From assembly GCA_036654235.1 (NCBI GenBank), contig JAVVSK010000006.1:34102-98101 (forward strand): a DNA stretch of 64,000 bases, in the 5' to 3' direction. Below, piece by piece: positions 26,994 through 37,446 of the stretch; the first letter of the stretch is position 1; each line of letters begins with the position of its first letter. Both the position numbers and the translations under genes were made by a program. The DNA comes from Clostridia bacterium (GTDB taxonomy: Bacteria; Bacillota; Clostridia; Christensenellales; CAG-138). The notes below the pieces were generated by a model, which saw nothing but the letters and a program-made list of their open reading frames with translations, ran no database searches and was not told the origin of the DNA.

Positions 26994-28439
26994 TTAGCTT
27001 AGCTTAGAAAGCCCTAGGTCGAGGCGGCGAAGACTTTCATCTCTTCCGAGAAGAGCCGCTATTTCAATAGCTCCGCCGGGGGTTACGGCTTTTCCGGCAA
27101 GTGATATACGAATAGGCCAAAGGACGGTTCCGTTTTTCAGCCCTTCTTTTTCAGCAAAACCCATAAGAGCATTATGTAACGACGTTTCAGCCCAAACGGG
27201 GAGTTCTCTTAAAATCGGTATCGTTTTTAAAAGTATGCCTTTTGAAACAGCCGGATCAGTCTTTGATTTTTTATTTATGAATAACTCAGTCGAATAGTCA
27301 GATAACTGGCTCAAAAAATCTACCATGGGCGGAAGCTCTGAGAATATTTCGACGCGCGGCTGTAAAATTTTACAAAGCAAAGCTGTGTTCATATTTGAAA
27401 TTCCGGCTTTCATATAATACTTTGAGGCGTGTTTTGTAAACGCCTCTTCAGAAAGCTCGCGAATATATAAAGCATTCAACCAACGCAGTTTATTCTCGTC
27501 AAAAATAGCGGAAGATTTACTCATTCCTTCTATTGAGAATGCATCTATAAGCTCCTCCATAGTAAATTTTTCGCGCTCGTCTCCGGGATTCCAACCTAGG
27601 AGGGCAATGTAGTTTACGACGGCTTCCTTCATATATCCCTTATTTATAAAATCCTCATATGATGCGTCACCATCGCGCTTCGAAAGCTTATGTCTATCGT
27701 CACGCATTATGTTCGACATATGTATATACTTCGGTATGTCCCAGCCGAACGCATCGTATAACATGTTATATTTAGGCGTAGATGCCAAATATTCCATGCC
27801 GCGCATAACGTGAGTTATCTTCATTAGATGATCGTCGATAACATTAGCAAAGTTATAGGTTGGCATACCATCTGCTTTTATAAGAACATTATCGTCGAGA
27901 GTGGAATTATCGACGGTTATCGTTCCGAATATCATATCGGTAAAGGAGGTTGTGCCGTCGACAGGCACGTTTTGACGAATTACATAGGGCATTCCGGCAT
28001 TTAAGTTCGCTTGTACTTCGTTCTTGTTTAAATACATACAGTGTTTATCATATTTAAACGTTTCGCCGCGACCCATTGCCTCTTCACGCTTTTTTTCAAG
28101 CTCCTCTTTTGTGCAAAAACACCTATACGCGTGTCCTGATTTTATCAGCTGTTCAGCGTAAGGCATGTATAGGCTTTTTCTCTCGCTTTGTATATAAGGT
28201 CCATATGCGCCACCAATATCCGGACCTTCGTCCCAGCTTATACCTACGTCTTTAAGAGTTCGGTAAACAAGGTCGACAGCGCCTTCAACTAGTCGCCCAC
28301 TGTCCGTATCCTCAACACGAAGCAAAAAATCCCCATTGCATTTTTTCGCGTAAAGATACGCGTAAAGCGCTGAACGAAGGTTTCCTATATGCATATACCC
28401 CGTTGGTGATGGGGCAAATCTTGTTCTAATCTTATCCAT
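26994..28439 (-). CDS. gltX: Glutamate--tRNA ligase
   Basis: RTRFAPSPTGYMHIGNLRSALYAY (HIGH motif) and KLSKRDG (KMSKS motif), 481 aa. Confidence 0.95.
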   Translation of the reverse strand: MDKIRTRFAPSPTGYMHIGNLRSALYAYLYAKKCNGDFLLRVEDTDSGRLVEGAVDLVYRTLKDVGISWDEGPDIGGAYGPYIQSERKSLYMPYAEQLIKSGHAYRCFCTKEELEKKREEAMGRGETFKYDKHCMYLNKNEVQANLNAGMPYVIRQNVPVDGTTSFTDMIFGTITVDNSTLDDNVLIKADGMPTYNFANVIDDHLMKITHVMRGMEYLASTPKYNMLYDAFGWDIPKYIHMSNIMRDDRHKLSKRDGDASYEDFINKGYMKEAVVNYIALLGWNPGDEREKFTMEELIDAFSIEGMSKSSAIFDENKLRWLNALYIRELSEEAFTKHASKYYMKAGISNMNTALLCKILQPRVEIFSELPPMVDFLSQLSDYSTELFINKKSKTDPAVSKGILLKTIPILRELPVWAETSLHNALMGFAEKEGLKNGTVLWPIRISLAGKAVTPGGAIEIAALLGRDESLRRLDLGLSKLS

Positions 28440-28450
28440 AAAAGCTCTCC

Positions 28451-30085
28451 TCAGATTGGTTTATAACTGTCCTTTAAGCCCACTGTGCGGTCAAAAACCG
28501 GAATTCCGTCTGAATTTTCGCCGTCTCTTACGAAATAGCCGACGCGCATGAACTGATAAGGTTCGTTTTTTTTATCGCTAATAACCGATGGCTCGATAAA
28601 GCCATGTACGACCGTGAGCGAATTTTCGTTCAAATTGTTGATAAAGTCATCATCGTTCTTGTTTTCGTCCAACAGGCTATCATAGAGACGAAACTCAGCA
28701 GGAACAGCATCAATAGGCAGCCATTGTATAGTTGCCTTTACCTTTCTATCACACTCACCGCTTTTCGTACTCTCATCGTATGTACATAAAACCTCGGTTA
28801 CATTTCCGGATTCATCAGTTATATAATCGTTGCATTTGATTATATAAGCTCCTTTTAAGCGCACCTCTCCACCGGGCTTTAGTCTAAAAAATTTTTTTGG
28901 CGGATCTATTGAAAAATCGTCGCGCTCTATATATATTTCCCGGCAAAATCTAACCGTCGTATTTCCGGCATTCGGATCATTAGGGAGATTTTCTATAGTT
29001 ATAGGCTCGAAAGCGTCCGGTTCATAATTCGTCAAGGTTACCTTTAAAGGATTTAAAACAGCCATAACGCGGTGTGCGCGCAAATTTAAGTCATTGCGGA
29101 CGCAATGTTCAAGCATTGCGGTATCTACAACAGAATCTGACTTTGCTATACCTACGTGACCCAAAAAATCTAGGATGGCGGTTGGCGAAAAGCCCCTTCG
29201 ACGCATAGCGCAGAGGGTGGGCATTCTCGGGTCGTCCCATCCATCGACATATCCTTCTTCAACGAGTCGCCTTAAATAGCGTTTACTCATTACTGTATTC
29301 GTTAGGTTAAGGCGAGAAAATTCTATTTGGCGCGGACGGGATTCAAATTCACAAACATCAACAACCCAGTCATAAAGAGGTCTATGCGATTCATATTCCA
29401 AGGAACAAAGCGAATGCGTAACTCCCTCTATAGCATCCTGAATTGGGTGCGCAAAATCATACATCGGATATATGCACCATGCATCCAGCGTATGATGATG
29501 CTTTTTATGTAAAATTCGATAAATGGCGGGATCTCGCATGTTTATGTTTGGCGAAGACATATCTATTTTCGCACGAAGTGTACAAAATCCATCGGGAAAA
29601 TCGCCGGCTCTCATTCGCGCGAACAAACTTAGGTTTTCCTCAACACATCTATCTCGATAGGGACTGTTTTTTCCGGGAGCCGTAAGAGTTCCACGGTATT
29701 CGCGTATCTCATCTTTATTGAGATCACAAACATAGGCAAGCCCTTTTTTTATAAGCAACAGCGCTTTTTCATAGCAAATTTCAAAGTAATCGGAACCATA
29801 GCGAAGCTTATCCCAGCTATAACCCAACCACTTTATATCCTGCATTATTGCATCAACGAATTCTTCATCCTCCTTAGAAGGATTTGTATCGTCAAAACGA
29901 AGGTTGCATTTTCCACCATATTTCTCCGCAATGCTAAAGTCTACATAAAGAGCCTTCGCATGTCCTATATGCAGATACCCATTGGGTTCGGGAGGGAAAC
30001 GCGTTTGGATCATGGTCAGATTTTTTGTCTTTATATCGCTTTCGACAAATTCTTCGATAAAATTGCGCGGAGTGACTTCTTCCAT
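28451..30085 (-). CDS. glnS: Glutamine--tRNA ligase
   Basis: IQTRFPPEPNGYLHIGHAKAL (HIGH), VMSKRYL (KMSKS-like) and a C-terminal anticodon-binding beta-barrel region typical of GlnRS. It lies 11 nt upstream of gltX. Confidence 0.92.
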   Translation of the reverse strand: MEEVTPRNFIEEFVESDIKTKNLTMIQTRFPPEPNGYLHIGHAKALYVDFSIAEKYGGKCNLRFDDTNPSKEDEEFVDAIMQDIKWLGYSWDKLRYGSDYFEICYEKALLLIKKGLAYVCDLNKDEIREYRGTLTAPGKNSPYRDRCVEENLSLFARMRAGDFPDGFCTLRAKIDMSSPNINMRDPAIYRILHKKHHHTLDAWCIYPMYDFAHPIQDAIEGVTHSLCSLEYESHRPLYDWVVDVCEFESRPRQIEFSRLNLTNTVMSKRYLRRLVEEGYVDGWDDPRMPTLCAMRRRGFSPTAILDFLGHVGIAKSDSVVDTAMLEHCVRNDLNLRAHRVMAVLNPLKVTLTNYEPDAFEPITIENLPNDPNAGNTTVRFCREIYIERDDFSIDPPKKFFRLKPGGEVRLKGAYIIKCNDYITDESGNVTEVLCTYDESTKSGECDRKVKATIQWLPIDAVPAEFRLYDSLLDENKNDDDFINNLNENSLTVVHGFIEPSVISDKKNEPYQFMRVGYFVRDGENSDGIPVFDRTVGLKDSYKPI

Positions 30086-30118
30086 AAATAAGTATCCACC
30101 TTTTCATAATATCCCTTT

Positions 30119-30147
30119 ATTATCTAATAAGGCTCAATGTTTGTCAA
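30119..30147 (-). promoter_or_regulatory. Putative sigma-A promoter of glnS-gltX
   Basis: Minus strand TTGACA (30147-30142), a 17-nt spacer, then GATAAT (30124-30119). About 30 nt of leader follows, with an AAAGGTGGA SD. Confidence 0.45.
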
Positions 30148-30602
30148 ACAGTTCCGGGATGTGAGTCTACTCTAAAGATCGTAAAAGATCACAATGGGTT
30201 AAGGCAAGGTAGACTGAATTTAGCGGCAATTAAGTATAGATCATGAATGGGAAGCCTTGTATTTAATTCTTGAACAACGGCAGGCAATGCACATGATAAT
30301 GACAAAATAAGCTATTACCACGCTACCCCCTGATCAGCTTTTTCTAAGTCTACTCGCAGGCACATGTTTTTAGATTATGGACACTGTAATAAATTTCAAT
30401 ATTTGAGATCCTTGCGTTTTCATAGATCACCGTAATACATCAAAATATAAATTGTAGAGGAAAATAAAATTTCAAGAGCAAGGTGGATATGCTATTTTTC
30501 CGTTAATATTTACAATATTTGACTTTGAGCGTTATTATCTGAGTGTCGGAGGGCAAAATTGAAAATATATTCTAAAAAAACTCCTTTTTTAAAAAAATAC
30601 GC

Positions 30603-30631
30603 TTGCAATAATAAAAAGGACATAGTACAAT
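30603..30631 (+). promoter_or_regulatory. Putative strong sigma-A promoter of the S10-spc-alpha operon
   Basis: TTGCAA (30603-30608), a 17-nt spacer, then TACAAT (30626-30631), preceded by an A/T-rich UP-like tract. Confidence 0.5.
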
Positions 30632-30829
30632 TTCAAGGTTGCGCGGACAGTGTCGCAGTTTTTTGCATGCGCAGAGGCAGCGGCTTTCCCAGTGAGAGGT
30701 TGCCGGAAGCCATCCGGGTAATTCTCACATTAACGTAACGGGCGGATGTTGAAAAACATTCGATCAAAAATAATAAACGGAACACACGGTTGAGTGTACC
30801 GCCCGAAAACATTTTTTGGAGGAAAAATA
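30632..30829 (+). promoter_or_regulatory. Structured 5' leader of rpsJ, about 190 nt
   Basis: GC-rich relative to its flanks. One hairpin pairs GTGAGA (30692-30697) with TCTCAC (30723-30728) and has an inner CCGG/CCGG stem. A long-range pairing joins CGGGCGG (30739-30745) to CCGCCCG (30799-30805), just upstream of the GGAGG SD. Confidence 0.35.
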
Positions 30830-31138
30830 ATGGCAAATCAGAAAATCCGCATAAAGCTCAGAGCTTATGAGCACAGCCTTATCGACGCAAGTGCGGAAAA
30901 AATAGTCGATACAGCTAAGAGAACGGGCGCTAGGGTATCAGGACCGATCCCCCTTCCGACAGAGAAGGAGATTATCACAGTTCTCCGCTCCCCGCACAAG
31001 CACAAGGACAGCCGTGAGCAGTTTGAAATTCGCACGCACAAGCGTCTTATCGACATCCTGTCGCCTTCCGCAAAAACGGTTGACGCACTGATGAAGTTAG
31101 ATCTCCCGGCGGGCGTTGACATAGAGATCAAACTGTAA
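30830..31138 (+). CDS. rpsJ: 30S ribosomal protein S10
   Basis: [33 protein letters not shown]. First gene of the S10 operon. Confidence 0.97.
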   Translation: MANQKIRIKLRAYEHSLIDASAEKIVDTAKRTGARVSGPIPLPTEKEIITVLRSPHKHKDSREQFEIRTHKRLIDILSPSAKTVDALMKLDLPAGVDIEIKL

Positions 31139-31160
31139 GCATAAGGCGGAGGTGAAAGAA

Positions 31161-31787
31161 ATGAAAAAGGCAATTTTAGGCAGAAAAATCGGGATGACGC
31201 AGGTTTTTCGTGAAGACGGAACTATGATCCCCGTAACGGTTATAATGGCCGGTCCATGTACCGTTTTACAAAAGAAAACAGTAGAGCATGACGGGTACAG
31301 TGCGATCCAAGTTGGATTTTCGCCTGTACGCGAAAAACTCGTGACGAAGCCCATGATGGGACATTTTAAAAAAGCTAACGCGGCTCCTTGCCGTTTTGTC
31401 AGAGAATTCAAGCTTGAAACGGCTGACAATATGAATGTTGGTGACGTAATTTATGCCGATACCTTCGCGAGCGGAGATAAGGTCGATATTTCGGGAATCA
31501 GCAAGGGCAAGGGTTTCCAAGGCGTTATCAAGCGTTATCATCAGGGCAGAGGTCCTATGTCGCATGGTTCGCGTTATCATCGCAGGGTCGGTTCAATGGG
31601 CGCATGTTCATATCCCGGCGAAGTCTTTAAACATAAGAACCTGCCCGGACATATGGGTAGCGTAAAAGTGACGACGCAAAATCTTGAGGTTGTTCGCGTG
31701 GACAAAGAGCGCGGTTTTATACTCATAAAGGGCGCCGTTCCCGGTAGCAAAAATAGTTTGGTAACTGTTAAAAATACGGTGAAGTGA
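31161..31787 (+). CDS. rplC: 50S ribosomal protein L3
   Basis: [16 protein letters not shown]...[11 protein letters not shown]. The ATG at 31161 follows a GGAGGTG SD. Confidence 0.96.
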   Translation: MKKAILGRKIGMTQVFREDGTMIPVTVIMAGPCTVLQKKTVEHDGYSAIQVGFSPVREKLVTKPMMGHFKKANAAPCRFVREFKLETADNMNVGDVIYADTFASGDKVDISGISKGKGFQGVIKRYHQGRGPMSHGSRYHRRVGSMGACSYPGEVFKHKNLPGHMGSVKVTTQNLEVVRVDKERGFILIKGAVPGSKNSLVTVKNTVK

Positions 31788-31807
31788 GAGCGGAAGGAGG
31801 AAAGCAA

Positions 31808-32431
31808 ATGCCTATTAATGTTGCGGTATACAACATCTCCGGTACGAAAGTCGGAGAAACTCAATTGAATGAAGCTGTCTTCGGCGTTGAGATTAACGAA
31901 CATGTTATGCACCTTGTCGTCAAAGCTCATCTTGCTAATAGACGTCAGGGGACGCAGAGCGCGCTCACTCGTGCGGAAGTTCGCGGCGGCGGAATAAAAC
32001 CTTGGAAACAAAAGGGCAGCGGTCGCGCAAGACAGGGGTCAACGCGTTCACCGCAGTGGAGACACGGCGGAGTAGTTTTTGCGCCGAAGCCCCGCGATTA
32101 CTCAATGAGTATAAATAAAAAAGTGCGTCGTCTTGCTATGAAGAGCGCGCTTAGTTCAAAAGTAAATGAAGAAAACATTATAGTTTTTGATAATTTAGAT
32201 ATAAGTGCTCCTAAGACGAAGGAAATGGTTAAGGTTTTAAGCGCAGTCGGTGCGAAGAATGCCCTTATCGTACTTCCCGAGGTAACCGAGAGCGTAAAGC
32301 GCGCGGCCAACAACCTGCAAAAGGTAAAGACAACGCTGGTTACAACGCTCAACGTTTTTGACATATTAAAGTACGACAAATTGATTATGACGAAGGATGC
32401 GCTGACGAAGATCGAGGAGGTGTACGCCTGA
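31808..32431 (+). CDS. rplD: 50S ribosomal protein L4
   Basis: [17 protein letters not shown]...[34 protein letters not shown]. Confidence 0.96.
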   Translation: MPINVAVYNISGTKVGETQLNEAVFGVEINEHVMHLVVKAHLANRRQGTQSALTRAEVRGGGIKPWKQKGSGRARQGSTRSPQWRHGGVVFAPKPRDYSMSINKKVRRLAMKSALSSKVNEENIIVFDNLDISAPKTKEMVKVLSAVGAKNALIVLPEVTESVKRAANNLQKVKTTLVTTLNVFDILKYDKLIMTKDALTKIEEVYA

Positions 32432-32727
32432 TGAAAACACCGTATGATATAATTTTTAAACCCGTTTTGACGGAAAAAAGCTACGACAATATTCACACAC
32501 GTGTATATGAATTCATAGTCGATAAAAGGGCGAGCAAGACCGAGATAAAAGAGGCTGTTGAAACGATATTTGACGTAAAGGTAGATAACGTAAATACGCT
32601 TAATAAGATCGGCAAGGTAAAGCGTCAGGGAATGACTCAGGGTCGCCGGGTATCGACGAAGAAGGCTTATGTCAAGCTGAAAAAGGATTCAAAGGGTATC
32701 GAATTCTTTGATTCCTTGACACAGTAA
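32431..32727 (+). CDS. rplW: 50S ribosomal protein L23
   Basis: [17 protein letters not shown]...FIVDKRASKTEIKEAVE. Confidence 0.95.
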   Translation: MKTPYDIIFKPVLTEKSYDNIHTRVYEFIVDKRASKTEIKEAVETIFDVKVDNVNTLNKIGKVKRQGMTQGRRVSTKKAYVKLKKDSKGIEFFDSLTQ

Positions 32728-32739
32728 GGAGGCGTAACC

Positions 32740-33573
32740 ATGGCTATAAGAAAGATTAAGCCTACGACACCGGGTCAACGTTTTATGACGGTGTCTGAAT
32801 ATGATGAAATAACAAAGGGCACTCCGGAGCGTTCGCTTTTGGAGAGCATGAAAAAGAGCGCAGGGCGCAACGTTTCGGGTAAAATAACGATCCGTCATCG
32901 CGGCGGCGGCGAGAGGCGTAAATATCGCGTAATCGATTTTAAACGTAATAAGGCCGACGTTCCCGCGAAAGTAATCGGAATAGAGTATGATCCGAATCGC
33001 AGTGCAAATATTGCTCTTTTACAGTACATAGACGGTGAAAAGCGTTATATAATCGCTCCTTTAGGATTAACCGTCGGCGATAGCGTAATAAGCGGCGAAT
33101 CTACGGATATTAAGGTTGGGAATGCTCTCGAAATAAGAAACATTCCGGTCGGAACCATGATCCATTGTATAGAGTTAAAGCCCGGGAAGGGCGCTCAACT
33201 TGTAAGGAGCGCGGGTAACGCGGCGCAGCTTATGGCTAAAGAAACAAAATATGCGCAGGTGCGTCTCCCATCCGGCGAAGTTCGACTTATACCGATGAAC
33301 GCGAAAGCGACTATAGGTCAGGTCGGAAACGCCGATCACGAGAACATAAAGCTCGGCAAAGCGGGAAGAAAGCGCCATATGGGTATTCGCCCAACAGTTC
33401 GCGGTTCTGTTATGAACCCATGCGATCACCCGCACGGCGGCGGCGAAGGAAAGAGTCCGATTGGTCGTCCGGGACCCGTTACCCCGTGGGGCAAGCCGAC
33501 TCTTGGTTATAAGACGAGAAGAACCAAGAACGTCAACGATAAGTTCATAGTACGCCGCAGGGACGGCAAGTGA
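32740..33573 (+). CDS. rplB: 50S ribosomal protein L2
   Basis: [15 protein letters not shown]...RHRGGG...[19 protein letters not shown]. Confidence 0.97.
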   Translation: MAIRKIKPTTPGQRFMTVSEYDEITKGTPERSLLESMKKSAGRNVSGKITIRHRGGGERRKYRVIDFKRNKADVPAKVIGIEYDPNRSANIALLQYIDGEKRYIIAPLGLTVGDSVISGESTDIKVGNALEIRNIPVGTMIHCIELKPGKGAQLVRSAGNAAQLMAKETKYAQVRLPSGEVRLIPMNAKATIGQVGNADHENIKLGKAGRKRHMGIRPTVRGSVMNPCDHPHGGGEGKSPIGRPGPVTPWGKPTLGYKTRRTKNVNDKFIVRRRDGK

Positions 33574-33590
33574 TAGAAAGGGAGTAACAC

Positions 33591-33872
33591 ATGAGCAGAT
33601 CTGTTAAAAAAGGGCCGTTTGTGGAAGAACGTCTCATAGCGCGTATAGAAGCTATGAACAACAGCGGCAAAAAGACAGTTATTAAGACATGGTCGCGTGC
33701 CTCCACTATATTCCCCGACATGGTAAGTCACACCATAGCGATACATGACGGACGTAAACATGTTCCGGTGTATATCACTGAGGAGATGGTGGGGCATAAG
33801 TTGGGAGAGTTCGCACCCACGCGCACCTTCAGGGGTCATAGAGGCTCCGAGAAGTCAGGCAGCGGAAAGTAA
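33591..33872 (+). CDS. rpsS: 30S ribosomal protein S19
   Basis: [15 protein letters not shown]...[32 protein letters not shown]. Confidence 0.97.
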   Translation: MSRSVKKGPFVEERLIARIEAMNNSGKKTVIKTWSRASTIFPDMVSHTIAIHDGRKHVPVYITEEMVGHKLGEFAPTRTFRGHRGSEKSGSGK

Positions 33873-33894
33873 ATCGAGGGAGGAACGAATAACA

Positions 33895-34281
33895 ATGGCA
33901 ACAAGACAAAAACAAAAGACCGAGGCTCGTCGTCAAAACGCGGATAAGCGCCCCAAGGCTCATTTAAGATACGTGAGAATTGCGACGAGGAAAGCGCAGG
34001 CGGTCGTAAACCTTATAAGAGGCAAGAGCGTTAAAGAAGCGGAAGCCATATTGACGTTCACGCAAAGGGGCGCGACAGAACCTATAGCGAAGCTGTTAAA
34101 GTCCGCCGTAGCAAACGCCGAGAACAATCTTGGTCTTGATAAAGAAATGCTTTACGTTGCGGAGGTTTTCGCAAACCAGGGTCCAACGCTCAAGCGCTTC
34201 CGCCCTCGCGCACAGGGCAGGGCTTCAAGTATAAGAAAGCGCACCAGCCACATTACAATAATATTGGACCAGGCGAAATAA
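33895..34281 (+). CDS. rplV: 50S ribosomal protein L22
   Basis: [46 protein letters not shown]. The start was trimmed from the track's 33745, which overlaps rpsS, to the ATG at 33895 after a GAGGGAGG SD. Confidence 0.93.
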   Translation: MATRQKQKTEARRQNADKRPKAHLRYVRIATRKAQAVVNLIRGKSVKEAEAILTFTQRGATEPIAKLLKSAVANAENNLGLDKEMLYVAEVFANQGPTLKRFRPRAQGRASSIRKRTSHITIILDQAK

Positions 34282-34291
34282 GGAGGAAAAC

Positions 34292-34951
34292 ATGGGACAA
34301 AAAGTACATCCGAATGGTTTCCGCGTCGGCGTAATAAGGGATTGGAATACACGTTGGTACGCGAACAAAAAGGATTTTGCCGATTACCTCATTGAGGATA
34401 GACATATCAGGGATAGCATTAAAAAGGCTCATTATTCGGCCAATATCGCCAAGATAGATATAGAGCGCGCGGCTAACAAAGTTACCGTGAGTATACATAC
34501 GGGTCGTCCCGGAATGTTAATTGGCAAGGGCGGCGCGGGAGTTGAGGCTTTAAAGGCTGAAGTTTCGAGGCTTATTGGTAAGAGCGTAAGCATCAATATA
34601 ATTGAAGTAAGAAATACGGATACCAACGCACAGCTTATAGCCGAAAATATAGCGGCTCAGCTTGAAAAACGCAGCTCATATAGACGCGCAATGAAGATGG
34701 CAATGGGCAGAGCTATGAAAGCGGGCGCAAAGGGAATAAAGCTTCTTTGTGCAGGTCGTTTGGGCGGCGCTGAAATTGCCAGAAGTGATGGATATCACGA
34801 TGGATCGATTCCACTGCAAACTATGCGCGCGGACATCGAATATGGTTTTGCCGAAGCGAGTACCACGTATGGTCGCATAGGCGTTAAAGTTTGGATTTAT
34901 AAAGGCGAGGTCTTGAAGAAGTTCTCGACAGTTCGAGAAGGAGGCAGATAA
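34292..34951 (+). CDS. rpsC: 30S ribosomal protein S3
   Basis: [24 protein letters not shown] plus KH domain motifs. Confidence 0.97.
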   Translation: MGQKVHPNGFRVGVIRDWNTRWYANKKDFADYLIEDRHIRDSIKKAHYSANIAKIDIERAANKVTVSIHTGRPGMLIGKGGAGVEALKAEVSRLIGKSVSINIIEVRNTDTNAQLIAENIAAQLEKRSSYRRAMKMAMGRAMKAGAKGIKLLCAGRLGGAEIARSDGYHDGSIPLQTMRADIEYGFAEASTTYGRIGVKVWIYKGEVLKKFSTVREGGR

Positions 34952-34954
34952 GCT

Positions 34955-35395
34955 ATGTTGATGCCAAAGAGAGTTAAGCGCAGGAGAGTGCATCGCGGAC
35001 GCATGAAGGGAAGAGCGATGCGCGGTAATACCATTTCATATGGTCAATTTGGTCTTGTGGCTCTTGAGCCGTCTTGGGTTACCAGCAATCAGATCGAGGC
35101 GGCGCGTATTGCGATGACGCGTTATATAAAGCGCGGCGGTCGTGTTTGGATAAAGATATTTCCGGATAAGCCCGTTACCGAAAAACCGGCTGAAACCCGC
35201 ATGGGAAGCGGAAAAGGTTCGCCGGAGTATTGGGTGGCGGTCGTTAAACCCGGCAGAATATTGTTTGAGATAGACGGTGTTGACGAATCTGTTATGCGTG
35301 AGGCTTTAAGACTCGCTATGCATAAGCTGCCATTAAAGTGCAAAATTGTCGCAAGGGAAACTAATGAAGCAGGCGGTGAGAGCAATGAAAATTAA
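34955..35395 (+). CDS. rplP: 50S ribosomal protein L16
   Basis: [19 protein letters not shown]...[24 protein letters not shown]. Confidence 0.96.
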   Translation: MLMPKRVKRRRVHRGRMKGRAMRGNTISYGQFGLVALEPSWVTSNQIEAARIAMTRYIKRGGRVWIKIFPDKPVTEKPAETRMGSGKGSPEYWVAVVKPGRILFEIDGVDESVMREALRLAMHKLPLKCKIVARETNEAGGESNEN

Positions 35396-35588
35396 CGAGC
35401 TTAGAAAATTATCTATAGAAGATCTTAATAAGCGTGAAAGCGAGCTTAAAGAGGAATTGTTCAATCTCCGCTTCCAGTTGGCAACAGGTCAGTTGACCAA
35501 TCCCAACAGGATAAAAGAGTGCAAGAAGGATATAGCAAGGGTCAAAACGCTGCAGTCAGAGCATGAGCTTAGTGCGGCTAAGGCCTGA
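35385..35588 (+). CDS. rpmC: 50S ribosomal protein L29
   Basis: [37 protein letters not shown]. The ATG at 35385 overlaps the end of rplP. Confidence 0.93.
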   Translation: MKINELRKLSIEDLNKRESELKEELFNLRFQLATGQLTNPNRIKECKKDIARVKTLQSEHELSAAKA

Positions 35589-35614
35589 TGGCGCTGAAAG
35601 GAGAACTTACCTAA

Positions 35615-35875
35615 ATGGAAGAACAAAGAGGTTATCGTAAGACGCGTCAAGGCGTTGTCACAAGCGATAAAATGGATAAAACCATCGTCGTGGCTATAAA
35701 GACTAAGATTCGGCATCCCCTTTACGGCAAGATGGTAAATAGAACAACAAGATTTAAGGCTCATGATGAGAATAACGAGTGCGGAATAGGCGATACTGTC
35801 AAAATTATGGAAACACGTCCAATAAGTAAAGACAAGCGCTGGCGCCTCATTGAAATAATCGAAAAGGCGAAGTAA
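35615..35875 (+). CDS. rpsQ: 30S ribosomal protein S17
   Basis: [21 protein letters not shown]...HPLYGKMV...[29 protein letters not shown]. Confidence 0.96.
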   Translation: MEEQRGYRKTRQGVVTSDKMDKTIVVAIKTKIRHPLYGKMVNRTTRFKAHDENNECGIGDTVKIMETRPISKDKRWRLIEIIEKAK

Positions 35876-35889
35876 GGAGGAAAAGAACC

Positions 35890-36258
35890 ATGATTCAACC
35901 GCAGACAAGATTAAAGGTCGCGGATAACAGCGGCGCGAAAGAAATTATGTGCATACGCGTTTTGGGCGGTTCTTTCCGCAGAAGCGCAAACATAGGGGAC
36001 GTTATAGTAGCGAGTGTTAAATCGGCGTCTCCGGGCGGCGCGGTCAAGAAGAAAGACGTTGTAAGGGCGGTTGTCGTTAGAACAGTTAGCGGACTTCATA
36101 GGGCAGATGGAAGCCATATCCGCTTCGACGACAATGCGGCTGTTATTATAAACGATCAGAAGCAGCCGCGCGGAACCCGTATCTTCGGGCCGGTAGCCAG
36201 GGAACTTCGCGAGAGGGATTATATGAAAATCGTCTCGCTTGCGCCCGAAGTGCTTTGA
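35890..36258 (+). CDS. rplN: 50S ribosomal protein L14
   Basis: [27 protein letters not shown]. Confidence 0.97.
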   Translation: MIQPQTRLKVADNSGAKEIMCIRVLGGSFRRSANIGDVIVASVKSASPGGAVKKKDVVRAVVVRTVSGLHRADGSHIRFDDNAAVIINDQKQPRGTRIFGPVARELRERDYMKIVSLAPEVL

Positions 36259-36269
36259 TGGAGGTAAAG

Positions 36270-36587
36270 ATGAAAAGTCAAAACATAAAGGTAAACGATA
36301 ACGTACTCGTTTTAACGGGCAAAAGCAAAGGCAAAAAGGGTAAGGTTTTGACCTCTATTCCGAAAGCCGGTCGCATAATCGTTCAAAACGTCAATATCGT
36401 AACTAAACATAAAAAGCCGATGCGTCAGGGTGAACCGGGTGGCAGGATAGAACAGGAAGCGGCGATAGACATATCGAACGTAATGCTTATTTGTACTAAA
36501 TGCAATAAGCCGACGCGCGTTGGTCATGTTATTGAAGACGGCAAAAAATACCGTGTGTGCAAGCAATGCCTCAAGCGCATTGACTGA
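36270..36587 (+). CDS. rplX: 50S ribosomal protein L24
   Basis: MKSQNIKVNDNVLVLTGKSKGKKGKVL (KOW motif). The ATG at 36270 follows a GGAGGT SD. Confidence 0.94.
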   Translation: MKSQNIKVNDNVLVLTGKSKGKKGKVLTSIPKAGRIIVQNVNIVTKHKKPMRQGEPGGRIEQEAAIDISNVMLICTKCNKPTRVGHVIEDGKKYRVCKQCLKRID

Positions 36588-36607
36588 GATAGAAGGAGGT
36601 AACGAAA

Positions 36608-37222
36608 ATGGCTAAGAATGAAGCTCAAAACGCCCCTCAGAAGAAAAAGAAACAAGCGGAGGAGGCAAAACCGTTTACCGAACCTGCGCGTCTCAGGGCA
36701 AGGTATAAAGAAATAATTCCCGAACTTTCGGCAAAGTTTAATTATAAGAATATAATGGACGTTCCCCGCCTTGAGAAGATAGTTTTAAATATGGGTCTTG
36801 GCGCAGAGAAGGACAATCCGAAGGGCATAGAGAATGCCGTTGAAGAAATGGCGCTTATAGCCGGTCAGCGTCCGATAGTGACAAAGGCTAAAAAATCGGT
36901 AGCTAACTTCAAAGTGCGTCAAGGGATGAATATTGGCGCGAAGGTAACACTCAGGAGCGATAAGATGTATTATTTTGCTGATAAGCTGATAAATATCGTT
37001 CTTCCGAGAGTTAGAGACTTTAGGGGCGTTAGCGATTCGAGCTTTGACGGTCGGGGAAACTATGCGATGGGCGTTAAAGAACAGCTCATATTCCCTGAAA
37101 TTAACTATGACGATGTTGACAAGACTCGCGGTATGGATATTGTTTTTGTAACAACTGCCAAAACCGATGAAGAAGCGAAGGAACTGCTCAGACTTTTGGG
37201 TATGCCTTTCGCGCAGGCTTGA
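36608..37222 (+). CDS. rplE: 50S ribosomal protein L5, with a Lys/Gln-rich N-terminal extension of about 25 aa
   Basis: The core [37 protein letters not shown] aligns with the normal L5 N-terminus. It is preceded by [27 protein letters not shown], and a GAAGGAGG SD sits right before the ATG at 36608. Confidence 0.93.
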   Translation: MAKNEAQNAPQKKKKQAEEAKPFTEPARLRARYKEIIPELSAKFNYKNIMDVPRLEKIVLNMGLGAEKDNPKGIENAVEEMALIAGQRPIVTKAKKSVANFKVRQGMNIGAKVTLRSDKMYYFADKLINIVLPRVRDFRGVSDSSFDGRGNYAMGVKEQLIFPEINYDDVDKTRGMDIVFVTTAKTDEEAKELLRLLGMPFAQA

Positions 37223-37239
37223 TAAGGAGGATTATTTTA

Positions 37240-37425
37240 ATGGCAAAAACCAGTATGAAGATCAAGCAGCAGCGTCCTGCTAAGTTCAGTTCGCGCGCTT
37301 ACACTCGTTGCCGCATTTGCGGTCGTCCCCATTCTGTGCTTAGAAAATATGGCATCTGCCGTATTTGCTTCCGCGAAATGGCCTATAAGGGAGAGATCCC
37401 CGGCGTCCGCAAGGCAAGCTGGTAA
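37240..37425 (+). CDS. rpsZ: 30S ribosomal protein S14 type Z (zinc-binding, 61 aa)
   Basis: [61 protein letters not shown], with a CxxC...CxxC pattern and an AAGGAGG SD. Confidence 0.95.
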   Translation: MAKTSMKIKQQRPAKFSSRAYTRCRICGRPHSVLRKYGICRICFREMAYKGEIPGVRKASW

Positions 37426-37446
37426 TTTTCGGAAGGAGGAATAAAC

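Noticed and set aside
30164-30355. Direct 9-mer repeat AGTCTACTC (30164 and 30347) with an inverted GTAGACT (30211), considered as a switch
   Set aside because: A 9-mer recurring within 450 bp is expected by chance at roughly 0.3-0.4 probability, and no U-tract or SD is involved. It is kept only as a note inside the spacer finding.
30086-30600. Possible T-box riboswitch upstream of glnS
   Set aside because: A consensus promoter sits only about 30 nt from the SD. The closest T-box-like string (GGGGGTAGCGTGGTAATAGC, minus strand near 30318-30337) does not match GGGTGGTACCGCG, and no specifier-loop or antiterminator architecture is evident.
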